Shown piece by piece: positions 1 through 8,236 of a stretch of DNA of 64,000 nucleotides. The notes under the pieces are model-generated. The model saw only the letters and a list, made by a program, of their open reading frames with translations. It did not search any database and had not been told where the DNA came from. This stretch comes from Acidobacteriota bacterium (GTDB taxonomy: Bacteria; Acidobacteriota; UBA890; WLXD01). The translations under genes were made by a program, and so were the position numbers. The stretch spans positions 2,682 through 66,681 of the forward strand of contig JAJCXS010000147.1 in NCBI GenBank assembly GCA_029263335.1, given 5' to 3'. How positions within the stretch are numbered: the first letter of the stretch is position 1; each line of letters opens with the position of its first letter.

Positions 1-139
1 ACGGAGCTATCGAGTCAGTGCTTCGTCACCGTTCCGGTGGCAGGTCGATGGCGACTCGATGCCGCCGGCCACCGAGCTGGAAATCGGCATCCTTCCCGGG
101 CGCGTGCGTCTTATCGTGCCGACCGAAACGGACTGAGGG

Positions 140-781
140 TCAACTGTTCCCCGCCTCCGGCCGCGGGCGACTAACGTGAGCGTTCCCTGCTATGGCGAAG
201 CGCAGAGGCTCTTGGGCCCATTCGCCAGCGTAGTCCACGCCGACTCGTGGTCCGACGGCGATCGTCCGCGTTGGCAGTTGGCGTCGCCGCAGCAGTTCTA
301 CGAACAGTCGATTGTCGGAGACCATGTCTACACCGTCGAGGCGGCGGTCAATTGCCATCGCCTGGCAGAGCTTGCCCGGTCCGGAACACAGGTCGACGTC
401 GCGTCTTGCCGCTGATCGGCGACGGTGCATCGTGTCCATGCGTTGCTCCGGCTGCAGGGCGCGCAGCAAGACCGCAACGGGTTGTTCTGCACGACCCGCG
501 ACAACGTTCATGCAGCAGTGCATGCCGTAGACGAAGTAGACGTAGGCATGTCCACCGATGTTCCACATGCTTCGGTTGCGTCGCGTGTGCCGGCCGCCAT
601 AGGTATGTGCGGCGCGGTCGGCGACGCCCAAGTACGCCTCGGTCTCGACGATGATTCCGCTGGTGCGGATCCCGCGGTAACGGCGCACCAGTCGTTGTCC
701 CAGGAGCCGCCGCGCCACAACTACCGGGTCGCGGTTGAAGAAGCTGCGGTCGGCGCGCTCCGTAGCGCCCGACTCAGGCAT
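140..781 (-). CDS. mpg: DNA-3-methyladenine glycosylase (MPG/AAG family)
   Basis: Translation has the conserved MPG-family N-terminal block (FFNRDPVVVARRLLGQRLV...ETEAYLG...HTYGGRHTRRNRSMW...HAYVYFVYGMHCCMNVV). The ORF is full length. Confidence 0.8.
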   Translation of the reverse strand: MPESGATERADRSFFNRDPVVVARRLLGQRLVRRYRGIRTSGIIVETEAYLGVADRAAHTYGGRHTRRNRSMWNIGGHAYVYFVYGMHCCMNVVAGRAEQPVAVLLRALQPEQRMDTMHRRRSAARRDVDLCSGPGKLCQAMAIDRRLDGVDMVSDNRLFVELLRRRQLPTRTIAVGPRVGVDYAGEWAQEPLRFAIAGNAHVSRPRPEAGNS

Positions 782-1646
782 CGCCCGGCACGGCCGGCTG
801 GAGGGCGGGCTCTATCCGCCGGGCCACGACGTAACCGGCGGCACCCAGCAGGAGGCCGAAGATCGGATCGAGGGCATGGTGATAGCCCAAATAGACCGTG
901 GCCACGCTCATACCCGCCAACAGCGGTATCAGTAGCTTTCCCAGGCGTGGCAGGAAGCGCAGCGCCACCAGCGTGCAGACCATCGATCCGGCAATGTGGG
1001 ACGAAGGGAAGGCCGCGCCGGTGACACCGTCGGACGACTGCAGCGAGCGAATCACGTCGCCGAGGAAGAAGCCGGTGAACAGGCTCGGTTGCAGGTCCGG
1101 GTACTGCTGCAGAATCTGCGGGGGGCTCTTGGCGGGGAGCAACGCGAACAACGTGAAGTTGATGGCGTAGGTGAGCACAATGGCGCCGTAGCCGGCGATC
1201 GCACCGTCGACACGGCGCTTGGCGACGAGTACCACCGGTACCGCCAGGAAGAGGTAGTAGCTCAGGTAGCAAAACGCCATCATCTCGTCGAGCCAGGGTC
1301 GGAAGAGCGACTGTACGAGCACCGTCGGATGACCACCGAAGAGAGCGGCATCGCCGCGCATGAGCCAGTCGGTCGTCCAGTAGGAACCCCAGAGAAGGGG
1401 GATCTCATGTTCCAGCTGCCCCCACCAGAACAACAGCAAGGGCAGGGGGTACAGGGCGCGTGCGATTGTCCAGAAGCGACCACGGGGCGCCAGGCGAACG
1501 AGCGTCGGGATCATGGCGATGATGGCGAGATGGATCGCGACACGGCTCCACCGGCCCGGCACGTCGGTGCCCCCCACCACAAGCAACAGAGTCGCTGCCG
1601 TGTTGTAGGCGAGGGCTGTTCGGTCGGCTAGTTTGAACTCTCGCAC
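774..1646 (-). CDS. PAP2-family phosphatase, integral membrane
   Basis: Multiple hydrophobic segments. PAP2 signature motifs PSSH (FPSSHIAGSM) and SRxxxxxHxxxD-like (YLGYHHALDPIFG) are present. Confidence 0.7.
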   Translation of the reverse strand: MREFKLADRTALAYNTAATLLLVVGGTDVPGRWSRVAIHLAIIAMIPTLVRLAPRGRFWTIARALYPLPLLLFWWGQLEHEIPLLWGSYWTTDWLMRGDAALFGGHPTVLVQSLFRPWLDEMMAFCYLSYYLFLAVPVVLVAKRRVDGAIAGYGAIVLTYAINFTLFALLPAKSPPQILQQYPDLQPSLFTGFFLGDVIRSLQSSDGVTGAAFPSSHIAGSMVCTLVALRFLPRLGKLLIPLLAGMSVATVYLGYHHALDPIFGLLLGAAGYVVARRIEPALQPAVPGDA

Positions 1647-1788
1647 GATGGCAGTTTCGGCTTTGAGAAGAGGTGCCTCGGGGCTCTCCGAGGTTCCGAT
1701 GGAAGTGTAATTAAAGTGGTGCAGGGCCGATAACCATCGGGTACCATCCCAGAGACCGCTAGAAGCCCACGTCTGGAGTCTGAGTTTC

Positions 1789-2097
1789 GTGAAGAGAATC
1801 TATGTAGGTAATTTGTCTTGGAGTACCTCTGACGAGGATCTCCGCGAGTTCTTCTCTCAGTTCGGAACCGTGCAGGACGCCACTGTCATCACGGACCGGG
1901 ACACGGGTCGCTCGCGTGGCTTCGGTTTTGTCGAGATGGAAGATGCCGACGGCGACAACGCCATCTCTGAAGCCAACGGCGCTTCGCTCGGCGGGCGCAA
2001 CCTGCGCGTCAACGAAGCTCAGCCCCGCGGCAGCAGCGGTGGCGGTGGCGGCGGCGGTCACCGTGGCGGTGGCGGCGGCGGCGGGGGTCGCTGGTAG
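1789..2097 (+). CDS. RRM-domain glycine-rich RNA-binding protein
   Basis: RNP2 (IYVGNLSW) and RNP1 (RGFGFVEM) motifs, followed by a Gly-rich tail (GGGGGGGHRGGGGGGGG). Confidence 0.85.
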   Translation: MKRIYVGNLSWSTSDEDLREFFSQFGTVQDATVITDRDTGRSRGFGFVEMEDADGDNAISEANGASLGGRNLRVNEAQPRGSSGGGGGGGHRGGGGGGGGRW

Positions 2098-2123
2098 CAC
2101 CAGTCCTCCAGTCAAGAGATATG

Positions 2124-2158
2124 GCGCGGGCAGCTGCTGAGCTGCCCGCGCTTTTCTT
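2124..2158 (+). terminator. Rho-independent terminator downstream of the RRM gene
   Basis: Perfect 11-bp GC-rich inverted repeat GCGCGGGCAGC / GCTGCCCGCGC with a 6-nt loop, followed by TTTTCTT. Confidence 0.65.
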
Positions 2159-2175
2159 GTGTGGGGCTGGGTAGG

Positions 2176-3216
2176 CTAGCGCGTCCAGATCTGCGAGTTT
2201 GGGAAGAAGGCCAACCAACCCGACTCGTACGCCAGCACCGTCATGACCAGTTCGTCGGTGTTGTCGGTCGCCCACGCCGTGAGTCCCTCGGCGTCGAAAT
2301 GGATCGTCACCGCCTGCTCGTTCACCTGCAGTTGCAGGGGCGTGTCCGCCTGCTCGAGCTCGCGCAGGGGAAAGAACCGCGCCTCGTCGCCGAGTACCAG
2401 GCCCAGGCCCAGCGTGGAGACATCGTGTCCGGCTTCGCTGCTGCGCCGAGTGCCAGGCTCGAAATCCTGGTACACGTAGCGTCGCCCCTCGCGCTCCAGC
2501 ACCATTACCCGCGTGTCGGGATGCCGGCTGCGCCAGAACCCCCAAGTCGCCTGCAACGTGGGAATCGACTCCAGCGGTGTGCCTTCCATGGGCCCGCTGA
2601 TCGACTGGCCGGCGAGTTGTGACCAGACGCTGTCGGTCTCCCGGTCGACGATCAGCAGGTTGTTATCGACGAGGCCCTCGGCGAAGTCGAAGGTAAGTTC
2701 CTTGCCACCTTGACGACGGGCGTACACGACGCCCGAGCCAGTGATGGGTCACCAGGTGGGAGCGAGGGAGGTGTCGCCCACTACATCGTTCACAACCTCG
2801 ACGGCGGCCAGGTAGCGGATCGGGTAGGCCATCGGCTGGCCGTCGATCATCACTCCGAGTACCAGTTCGTCGTCTGCCAGGTCCGCCTCGTCGGCAGCGA
2901 TCGACGCCGGGTCCACCGGGACCTCTCGAACCCGCATCTCCATGAGCTCTGCGGGTGCTCCGGGGCGCGGCTGCACGTTGGCGCGCACCGTGCGGCCTTC
3001 TTCTTGTGGCGCCCCCGGCTGTGGTGAAGCTGCCGCCGGGGCGACCGCCATGATCGCGCCCAGCGTCACGAGAGCCATGAGCCAGGGACTAGGCCGAAGG
3101 GTGGACCTCATTACATCTCCCAATGCGGTAGGCGGCCCGTCAGCATGACGATCTCGGAGAGCCGAGAGCAGGCCGCAAACTCTACGTCTCGCGATCGAGG
3201 CCAGAGCATAGAGCAC
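2176..3216 (-). CDS. DUF3179-family secreted protein with an in-frame UGA at 2749-2751 (candidate selenocysteine; alternatively a pseudogene)
   Basis: The two track ORFs 2749..3216 and 2176..2727 are in the same frame. They are separated only by a TGA and six sense codons. Joined, they give a typical DUF3179 protein (…LVLGVMIDGQPMAYPIRYLAAVEVVNDVVGDTSLAPTW-[TGA]-PITGSGVVYAR…ELTFDFAEG…LLIVDRETDSVWSQ…). The TGA sits where the family has the first Cys of its conserved VT[YF]CPL[CT]G[ST] motif. Confidence 0.55.
2717..2735 (-). promoter_or_regulatory. Candidate SECIS-like hairpin 13 nt downstream of the in-frame UGA
   Basis: mRNA reads UGA-CCCAUCACUGGCU-CGGGCG-UCGUGUA-CGCCCG. That is a 6-bp all-GC stem with a 7-nt loop containing GU. 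Confidence 0.35.
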
Positions 3217-3354
3217 TCGTCGGCGCAGCTGCCAGCGGATGATTCGAACCGGTGTGGGCCAGGTGTCAACGAAACGACCTTCTCGCGAGTATTGCAGTAG
3301 GTAGATGCCCCGACCGAGGGCGTACCCAACCTACCTGCGAACCGGAGATTACGG

Positions 3355-3741
3355 ATGAAGACACTGCACCACGCCATGATGGGCGTCACGATGATCGCGA
3401 TCTTGGCGGCCGCCGCTGGCGTGATTCACCCGTGGGCCACGACTGCTGAGGCGCAACACAGCGCGAGCCGGCAACACGGCGAGGTCGATGACCCACAGGA
3501 GCACTTCGCCGCGCTGGCCGACATGCTCACGCTCACGGCAGCACAGCGCGAGGCGCTGCAGGCGCCGTTTGCGGAGGCCTTTGCGGCCATGCAGCAACTG
3601 CACCAGCTGCACGACGTGATCGCGGCTGAGCTGACCGATGAGCAAAGCGAGGTTTTCGGCAACATGATCCACAAGGCGATGGCCGAGCAGATGGGTCATC
3701 ACGAAGACCAGGCAGATCACCGAGGCCACAGTCACCCGTAG
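3355..3741 (+). CDS. Periplasmic LTXXQ-motif (Spy/CpxP-like) protein
   Basis: N-terminal signal-like hydrophobic segment. An LTxxQ motif is present (LTLTAAQREALQ). The protein is helical and Gln/His-rich, with a His-rich C-terminus. It lies immediately upstream of an ECF sigma gene. Confidence 0.5.
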   Translation: MKTLHHAMMGVTMIAILAAAAGVIHPWATTAEAQHSASRQHGEVDDPQEHFAALADMLTLTAAQREALQAPFAEAFAAMQQLHQLHDVIAAELTDEQSEVFGNMIHKAMAEQMGHHEDQADHRGHSHP

Positions 3742-3765
3742 CGGAGCGGCCGGGTCCCGGGGCGC

Positions 3766-4347
3766 TTGGCGTATGCTCCCCGGGACGAAGCCATGAAAGA
3801 TGAACAGAACCGGACCGATGAGGAGTTGGCGCGGGCAGCGAGGCGCGGCGACGCTGATGCCTACGATGTGCTCGTCCGGCGTTACCTGCGTCCGGCGATG
3901 GCACTCGCCTGGCAATACACGCGCCGGCTCGAGGATGCCGAGGACGTTGTCCAGGAGGGTTTCCACCGCGTCGTGCGGTCCCTGGCCGAGTACGACGACC
4001 GCCGTTCGTTCAGCCCGTGGTTCTACACGATTGTCCGCAACGTCGCTCGGACGGCGATCAGCAAGGATGGTCGGCGCGCCGCACTCGCTCCACTCACTCT
4101 CCTGGAAGACGAGCCGCCAGCCGCGACATCAGCCGATCCCGTGGCGGCCAGCGACGTGGCGCATGCCATCGACAATCTCGCCCCCATGCAACAGGCCTGC
4201 GTGCGGCTGTGCGACATGGAAGGGTTCACCAGCGGCGAGGCGGGCACGATGCTCGGCATCGGCGAGGCTACGGTGCGTACGCACCTGCACCGTGCGCGCA
4301 AACAGCTCAGGGTCGCGATGGCTACGCGACAGGGTATGCTCCCATGA
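3766..4347 (+). CDS. ECF-type RNA polymerase sigma-70 factor
   Basis: Sigma-70 region 2 (AYDVLVRRYLRPAMALAWQYTRRLEDAEDVVQEGF…FSPWFYTIVRNVA) and region 4 (QQACVRLCDMEGFTSGEAGTMLGIGEATVRTHLHRARKQLR). Confidence 0.85.
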   Translation: MAYAPRDEAMKDEQNRTDEELARAARRGDADAYDVLVRRYLRPAMALAWQYTRRLEDAEDVVQEGFHRVVRSLAEYDDRRSFSPWFYTIVRNVARTAISKDGRRAALAPLTLLEDEPPAATSADPVAASDVAHAIDNLAPMQQACVRLCDMEGFTSGEAGTMLGIGEATVRTHLHRARKQLRVAMATRQGMLP

Positions 4348-4703
4348 TGGCTGAGAATCCGGTCTCGAAGTTGCCCGAGGACCCCGCGTACTGGCGACGT
4401 TTGTCGCGGCAGATTAGCGATGACGCCGCGGCGCCCCTGGCGGCGTACGCCGGCGAACACGACGTCTGGTATGGGTCATTGGCCCGTAACGCGCCATGGG
4501 TCGTGGCAGCGTCCGCTGCGGCGATGCTGGTGCTCTGGTTCGCCCTGCCGACCACAGATTCTCCGCAGGTGGCTCGTTGGTTCGAGTCTTCGCTCGCACC
4601 AAACGAGATTGCTGGAACGCTCGTGGGTGGGCCGGTGCCGCCCAGCGTGGACGAACTGATGGCCCAGTTTCCTCCGGCGCTCGATGGCGAGGGCACGCGA
4701 TGA
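4345..4703 (+). CDS. Putative anti-sigma factor / small membrane protein
   Basis: ATG at 4345 overlaps the sigma stop (ATGA). The protein has one transmembrane segment (PWVVAASAAAMLVLWFALP). The track ORF 4017..4703 is the same frame extended upstream through the sigma gene. Confidence 0.45.
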
Positions 4704-5077
4704 GCGGCCCAGGCCTTCGCGCCGCGGCAGCACTGCTGTTCGTGTTCGCGGCCGGAGTTTTCGCCGGCATCTTTCTCGACAGACATCACCTGATGGCACC
4801 GGCGACGGATGCCACGCCGGCGCAGGAGCACGCGCGGGCTCTCGCCGATCTGCGGGAGTCTCTCGAGCTCGACGAGCACCAGATGGATCGGATCCATGCC
4901 ATTCTTGCCGACAATCAGCAGATCGTGCAGCAGATGTGGGAGCAACTTCGCCCCGAGGTGCAGACCGCGATGCGGCATGTACACGAAGAGATCGCCGAGC
5001 AGCTGCGTCCCGAGCAGATTGACCGGTTCCACGACTGGCTGAACCGACACGGGACCGGGCCCGGACCGACTCACTGA
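4700..5077 (+). CDS. Periplasmic Spy/CpxP-like (heavy-metal-resistance/LTXXQ-like) protein
   Basis: ATG at 4700 overlaps the previous stop. The protein has a signal/TM segment (AAAALLFVFAAGVFAGIF) and repeated helical, Q/E-rich blocks (DEHQMDRIHAILADNQQIVQQMWEQLRPEVQ…EQLRPEQIDRFHDWL). Confidence 0.45.
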   Translation: MSGPGLRAAAALLFVFAAGVFAGIFLDRHHLMAPATDATPAQEHARALADLRESLELDEHQMDRIHAILADNQQIVQQMWEQLRPEVQTAMRHVHEEIAEQLRPEQIDRFHDWLNRHGTGPGPTH

Positions 5078-5103
5078 TTTCTCCACTGCAGGTAAACCAC
5101 CGC

Positions 5104-7512
5104 ATGAACAACTTCAAAGCTGCCGCGAAATCGCTTCTTTCCACCCCGGGCCCGACGCTGGTGGTCATCGCGACCTTGGCCATCGCGATTGGTGCCAACA
5201 CCGCGATCTTCAGCGTCGTTAACGGTGTGCTATTACGCTCGCTCGGTTTCGGCGACGAGGGACAGCTGGTGGTGCTGTGGCAGACCAACGAGGCTCAGGG
5301 TCTGGAGAACTCGCGATTCTCGATGGGCGACTATCGCGACGTGCGTGAAAGCGCCGCGGCCTTCGATGGGCAGGTCGCGATCTACCGGTACGTCGGCTTC
5401 ACCATGACGGCGCTCGAGCGACCGGCGCGGGTCAGCTCGTTGGTCATTTCGCCGCGCGTTTTTCGCGTGTTGCAGGCCGGGCCCGAAGTCGGTCGAGTCT
5501 TCGATGAAGATGACGAGAAGCCTGGCAGCGAGAAACAGGTTGTCCTGACCCATGCGTCCTGGACGCGGCGTTTCGGCGCGGATCCGGAGATCGTCGGCAC
5601 GACCGTAGAACTGGACAGCGAGCCGTACACCGTAGTGGGCGTTAGCGAGGAGGGCTTCCATTTTCCGCCCGGCGACGACCAGGTGGAGATGTACACCCCG
5701 TTGACGCTCGACGACGGGATCCTGCTCGATCGAGCCCATCGCATGTTCGACACGGTGGCCCGTCTCAGCGACGGTGCCTCCGTCGCGGCGGCGAACGATG
5801 AGGTAAGCGCTATCGCGGAACGGCTCGACCGTGAGTTCAGCGACACCAATGAAGGCTGGGGAATGCGAGTTCGGCCGCTACGCGCGGAGGTCCTCGGCGA
5901 TGTCGCCGCGACGCTGTGGGTGCTTTCGGCCGCGGTGTTCCTCGTACTCCTCATCGCTTGCGCCAACATCGCCAACGTTCTGGTGGTTCGGTCCTCAGCC
6001 ACGGCGCGAGAGTTTGCGGTGCGTGCGGCAATGGGTGCCCGGGCCGCCGACCTGGCCAAGCGTTCGCTGGCCGAGAGTCTGTTGCTGGGGCTGTTCGGCG
6101 GCGGCGTCGGATTGTTGATAGCGCTGTGGGGCGTGGCCTTCCTGCGAGCGGTGATGCCGGCAGAGGTTCCACGCGGCGCGCAGATCAGTCTTGATGGCAC
6201 GGTACTCGTGTTCGCGGCCGCGCTGTCGATCGGAGCCAGCGTTCTGTTCGGCTTGCTGCCGGCGTTTCGCAGCATGTCGCCCAACCTCGCTGAACTGCTC
6301 AAGCCCGCCGGAGCTTCCGGAACCACCGTGGGAGGCGCTCGCCGGCTGCGCGAACTGATGGTGGTTGTCGAGGTTGCCCTGGCCATGGTGCTGCTCGTGG
6401 GTGCCGGGCTGATGGTGCGCAGTTTCGCGCGGCTGAACGAAGTTGACCCTGGCTTCCGACAGGATGGCGTCGTAGCGGTTGCCGTCGAGTTGCCCCGTTC
6501 GCGTTACCAAACGGACGAGCGACGGACCTTCTTCAAGCAGCTCGTAACGCGGGTGGCCGACTTGCCCGGCGTGAAGGGAGCGGGCGGTGTGTCGGATCTG
6601 CCAATGAGTGAGGTTGGCGTCGCTTTTGAAATGAGTTTCACCGTGCTCGGGTTGGACTCGCTCGCCCCGACGGCACGGCCGAACGCCGATTTCCGCGCCA
6701 TTCTTCCTGGCTATATCGAGGCGATGGGGATCGAGCTGATCCGGGGACGTTCCTTCGACATTCTCGATGGCGAGGACGATCGCAAGATCGCCTTGGTCAA
6801 CGAGACGTTGGTGGAGCGCTACTTCAAGGACATCGACCCGATAGGGCAGATGCTGCGCATGCCGATGGCCGGCGATCTGGAGATCGTCGGCGTGGTTTCT
6901 GACATCCGCCACGGTGGGCTGCAGTCGGAATTCGCTCCCGAACTGTTTATTCCATACGACCAGATATCCATGAGCGAGATGCACATTGTCGTGCACTCGG
7001 ACCTGGAGCCGGGGGCAGCGGCAGCGGCCGTGCGTGACGTGCTTGCCGACATGGATCCGCAGCTCGCACCCACGGCGGTCGTTGCCATCGCCGACCTTCT
7101 CTGGGAGTCCGTCGCCCAGCCGCGCTTCAACACCGCGTTATTGGTCGCGTTGGCTATCTGCGCGGCGGTACTGGCCAGCGTGGGCACCTACGGCATCGTC
7201 GCCTACACGGTCACCCAACGCACCGGCGAGATCGGTGTGCGCATGGCTCTGGGCGCGGATTCGAGCGCCACCGTTGCGATGATCGTGCGTCAGGCGCTCG
7301 GCATCGTCGTCCTGGGGGCGTTCGTGGGGCTGTTGGGGGCGTTCGGGGCGACGCGGTTCTTGACCCAGTTGCTCTTCGGTATCCGGCCAACGGATCCGCT
7401 CACCTACGGGCTGGTACTTGTCGTCGCGGTTGTTGTCGGCGGCGTGGCCGCCTGGATGCCCGCGCGTCGCGCCACTCGCATCGACCCGGTCTCGGCGCTC
7501 CGCGAAGACTAA
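5104..7512 (+). CDS. ABC-transporter permease, FtsX/MacB-like duplicated (ADOP family)
   Basis: 802 aa. It contains two FtsX-type 4-TM modules, each preceded by a large periplasmic domain. The N-terminus is TM1 (LVVIATLAIAIGANTAIFSVVNGVLLR), typical of MacB-like ADOP permeases. Confidence 0.85.
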   Translation: MNNFKAAAKSLLSTPGPTLVVIATLAIAIGANTAIFSVVNGVLLRSLGFGDEGQLVVLWQTNEAQGLENSRFSMGDYRDVRESAAAFDGQVAIYRYVGFTMTALERPARVSSLVISPRVFRVLQAGPEVGRVFDEDDEKPGSEKQVVLTHASWTRRFGADPEIVGTTVELDSEPYTVVGVSEEGFHFPPGDDQVEMYTPLTLDDGILLDRAHRMFDTVARLSDGASVAAANDEVSAIAERLDREFSDTNEGWGMRVRPLRAEVLGDVAATLWVLSAAVFLVLLIACANIANVLVVRSSATAREFAVRAAMGARAADLAKRSLAESLLLGLFGGGVGLLIALWGVAFLRAVMPAEVPRGAQISLDGTVLVFAAALSIGASVLFGLLPAFRSMSPNLAELLKPAGASGTTVGGARRLRELMVVVEVALAMVLLVGAGLMVRSFARLNEVDPGFRQDGVVAVAVELPRSRYQTDERRTFFKQLVTRVADLPGVKGAGGVSDLPMSEVGVAFEMSFTVLGLDSLAPTARPNADFRAILPGYIEAMGIELIRGRSFDILDGEDDRKIALVNETLVERYFKDIDPIGQMLRMPMAGDLEIVGVVSDIRHGGLQSEFAPELFIPYDQISMSEMHIVVHSDLEPGAAAAAVRDVLADMDPQLAPTAVVAIADLLWESVAQPRFNTALLVALAICAAVLASVGTYGIVAYTVTQRTGEIGVRMALGADSSATVAMIVRQALGIVVLGAFVGLLGAFGATRFLTQLLFGIRPTDPLTYGLVLVVAVVVGGVAAWMPARRATRIDPVSALRED

Positions 7513-8234
7513 CCGTGGGCTAGTTCGTCGGGATCCAGTACGCCCGCGGTCGCATCGGTGGGCGTTTCCACGGCTGTTCCAGGGAAGACATAGCCGACGC
7601 CGTGCTTGGTGCGGATTCGGGCGCTGCCCAGCTTGCGACGCAGATTGCGCACATGAGTGTCGAGGGCCCGTTCACCCGATGCGGCACCGCGCCCATGGGC
7701 CAGTCGCGCAAAGTCGTCCCTCGTAACTGCACTACCGGCGTTGCGCATCATCAGCGCGAGCAGGTCGAACTCCAAGCTGGTCAAGTGCACGGTCTTGCCG
7801 CCATCGGTAACACGGTAGCTCCCCGGGTAGAGCTTGAGCCCTGCGCCCGCAAGGGGCGCTGTCGGTGACGGCCGACGATACTTCCGGCGCAGTAGCGCTC
7901 CCACCTGAGCACGAAGCTCGGTGGGGTCCGCCGGTTTCGCCAGGTAGGCGTCGGCACCGATCTCGAGGCCGATGGCGCGATCGATCTGCGCTCCACGGCT
8001 ACTCAGAACGAGCACGGGAACAGCGTTTTCGCGCCGCAGTTGAGTAAGAAAGGTAGCGCCGCTCATGCCTGGCAGTACGACTTCCAGAATGACGAGCGCG
8101 TAGTCGTTCTTGCGGGTCGCCTCGAGGCCGGCACTGCCGTTGGCGACGGTCGTCCAGCGGATCGTGTCGTTGCCGATCACCGTGGGCAGTGTTCGCCCGA
8201 CGCCCGGATCCGGATCGACGATCAGCACTCGCAC
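7509..8234 (-). CDS. OmpR/PhoB-family response regulator; atypical, with Glu at the phospho-acceptor position
   Basis: Receiver domain followed by a winged-helix domain (…LKLYPGSYRVTDGGKTVHLTSLEFDLLALMMRNAGSAVTRDDF…RNLRRKLG…GVGYVF). The usual hhhhD motif reads ALVILEVVLPGMSG. The likely start is the GTG just after the upstream gene's stop. The track ORF extends to 8312. Confidence 0.75.
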   Translation of the reverse strand: MRVLIVDPDPGVGRTLPTVIGNDTIRWTTVANGSAGLEATRKNDYALVILEVVLPGMSGATFLTQLRRENAVPVLVLSSRGAQIDRAIGLEIGADAYLAKPADPTELRAQVGALLRRKYRRPSPTAPLAGAGLKLYPGSYRVTDGGKTVHLTSLEFDLLALMMRNAGSAVTRDDFARLAHGRGAASGERALDTHVRNLRRKLGSARIRTKHGVGYVFPGTAVETPTDATAGVLDPDELAHG

Positions 8235-8236
8235 GG

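Noticed and set aside
2161-2622. Plus-strand 153-aa ORF overlapping the DUF3179 gene
   Set aside because: It is opposite a gene with family-level homology across its whole length, and its translation is featureless and Arg/Leu-rich.
4017-4703. 228-aa ORF suggesting a longer anti-sigma protein starting inside the sigma gene
   Set aside because: The N-terminal 109 residues are an out-of-frame read through the sigma factor gene, which has strong region-2/4 homology. ATG at 4345 overlaps the sigma stop and gives a sensible TM protein.
5382-6386. 334-aa ORF antisense to the ADOP permease 5104..7512
   Set aside because: It is a low-complexity Ser/Arg/Ala-rich translation on the opposite strand of a confidently called permease. 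It is a shadow ORF.
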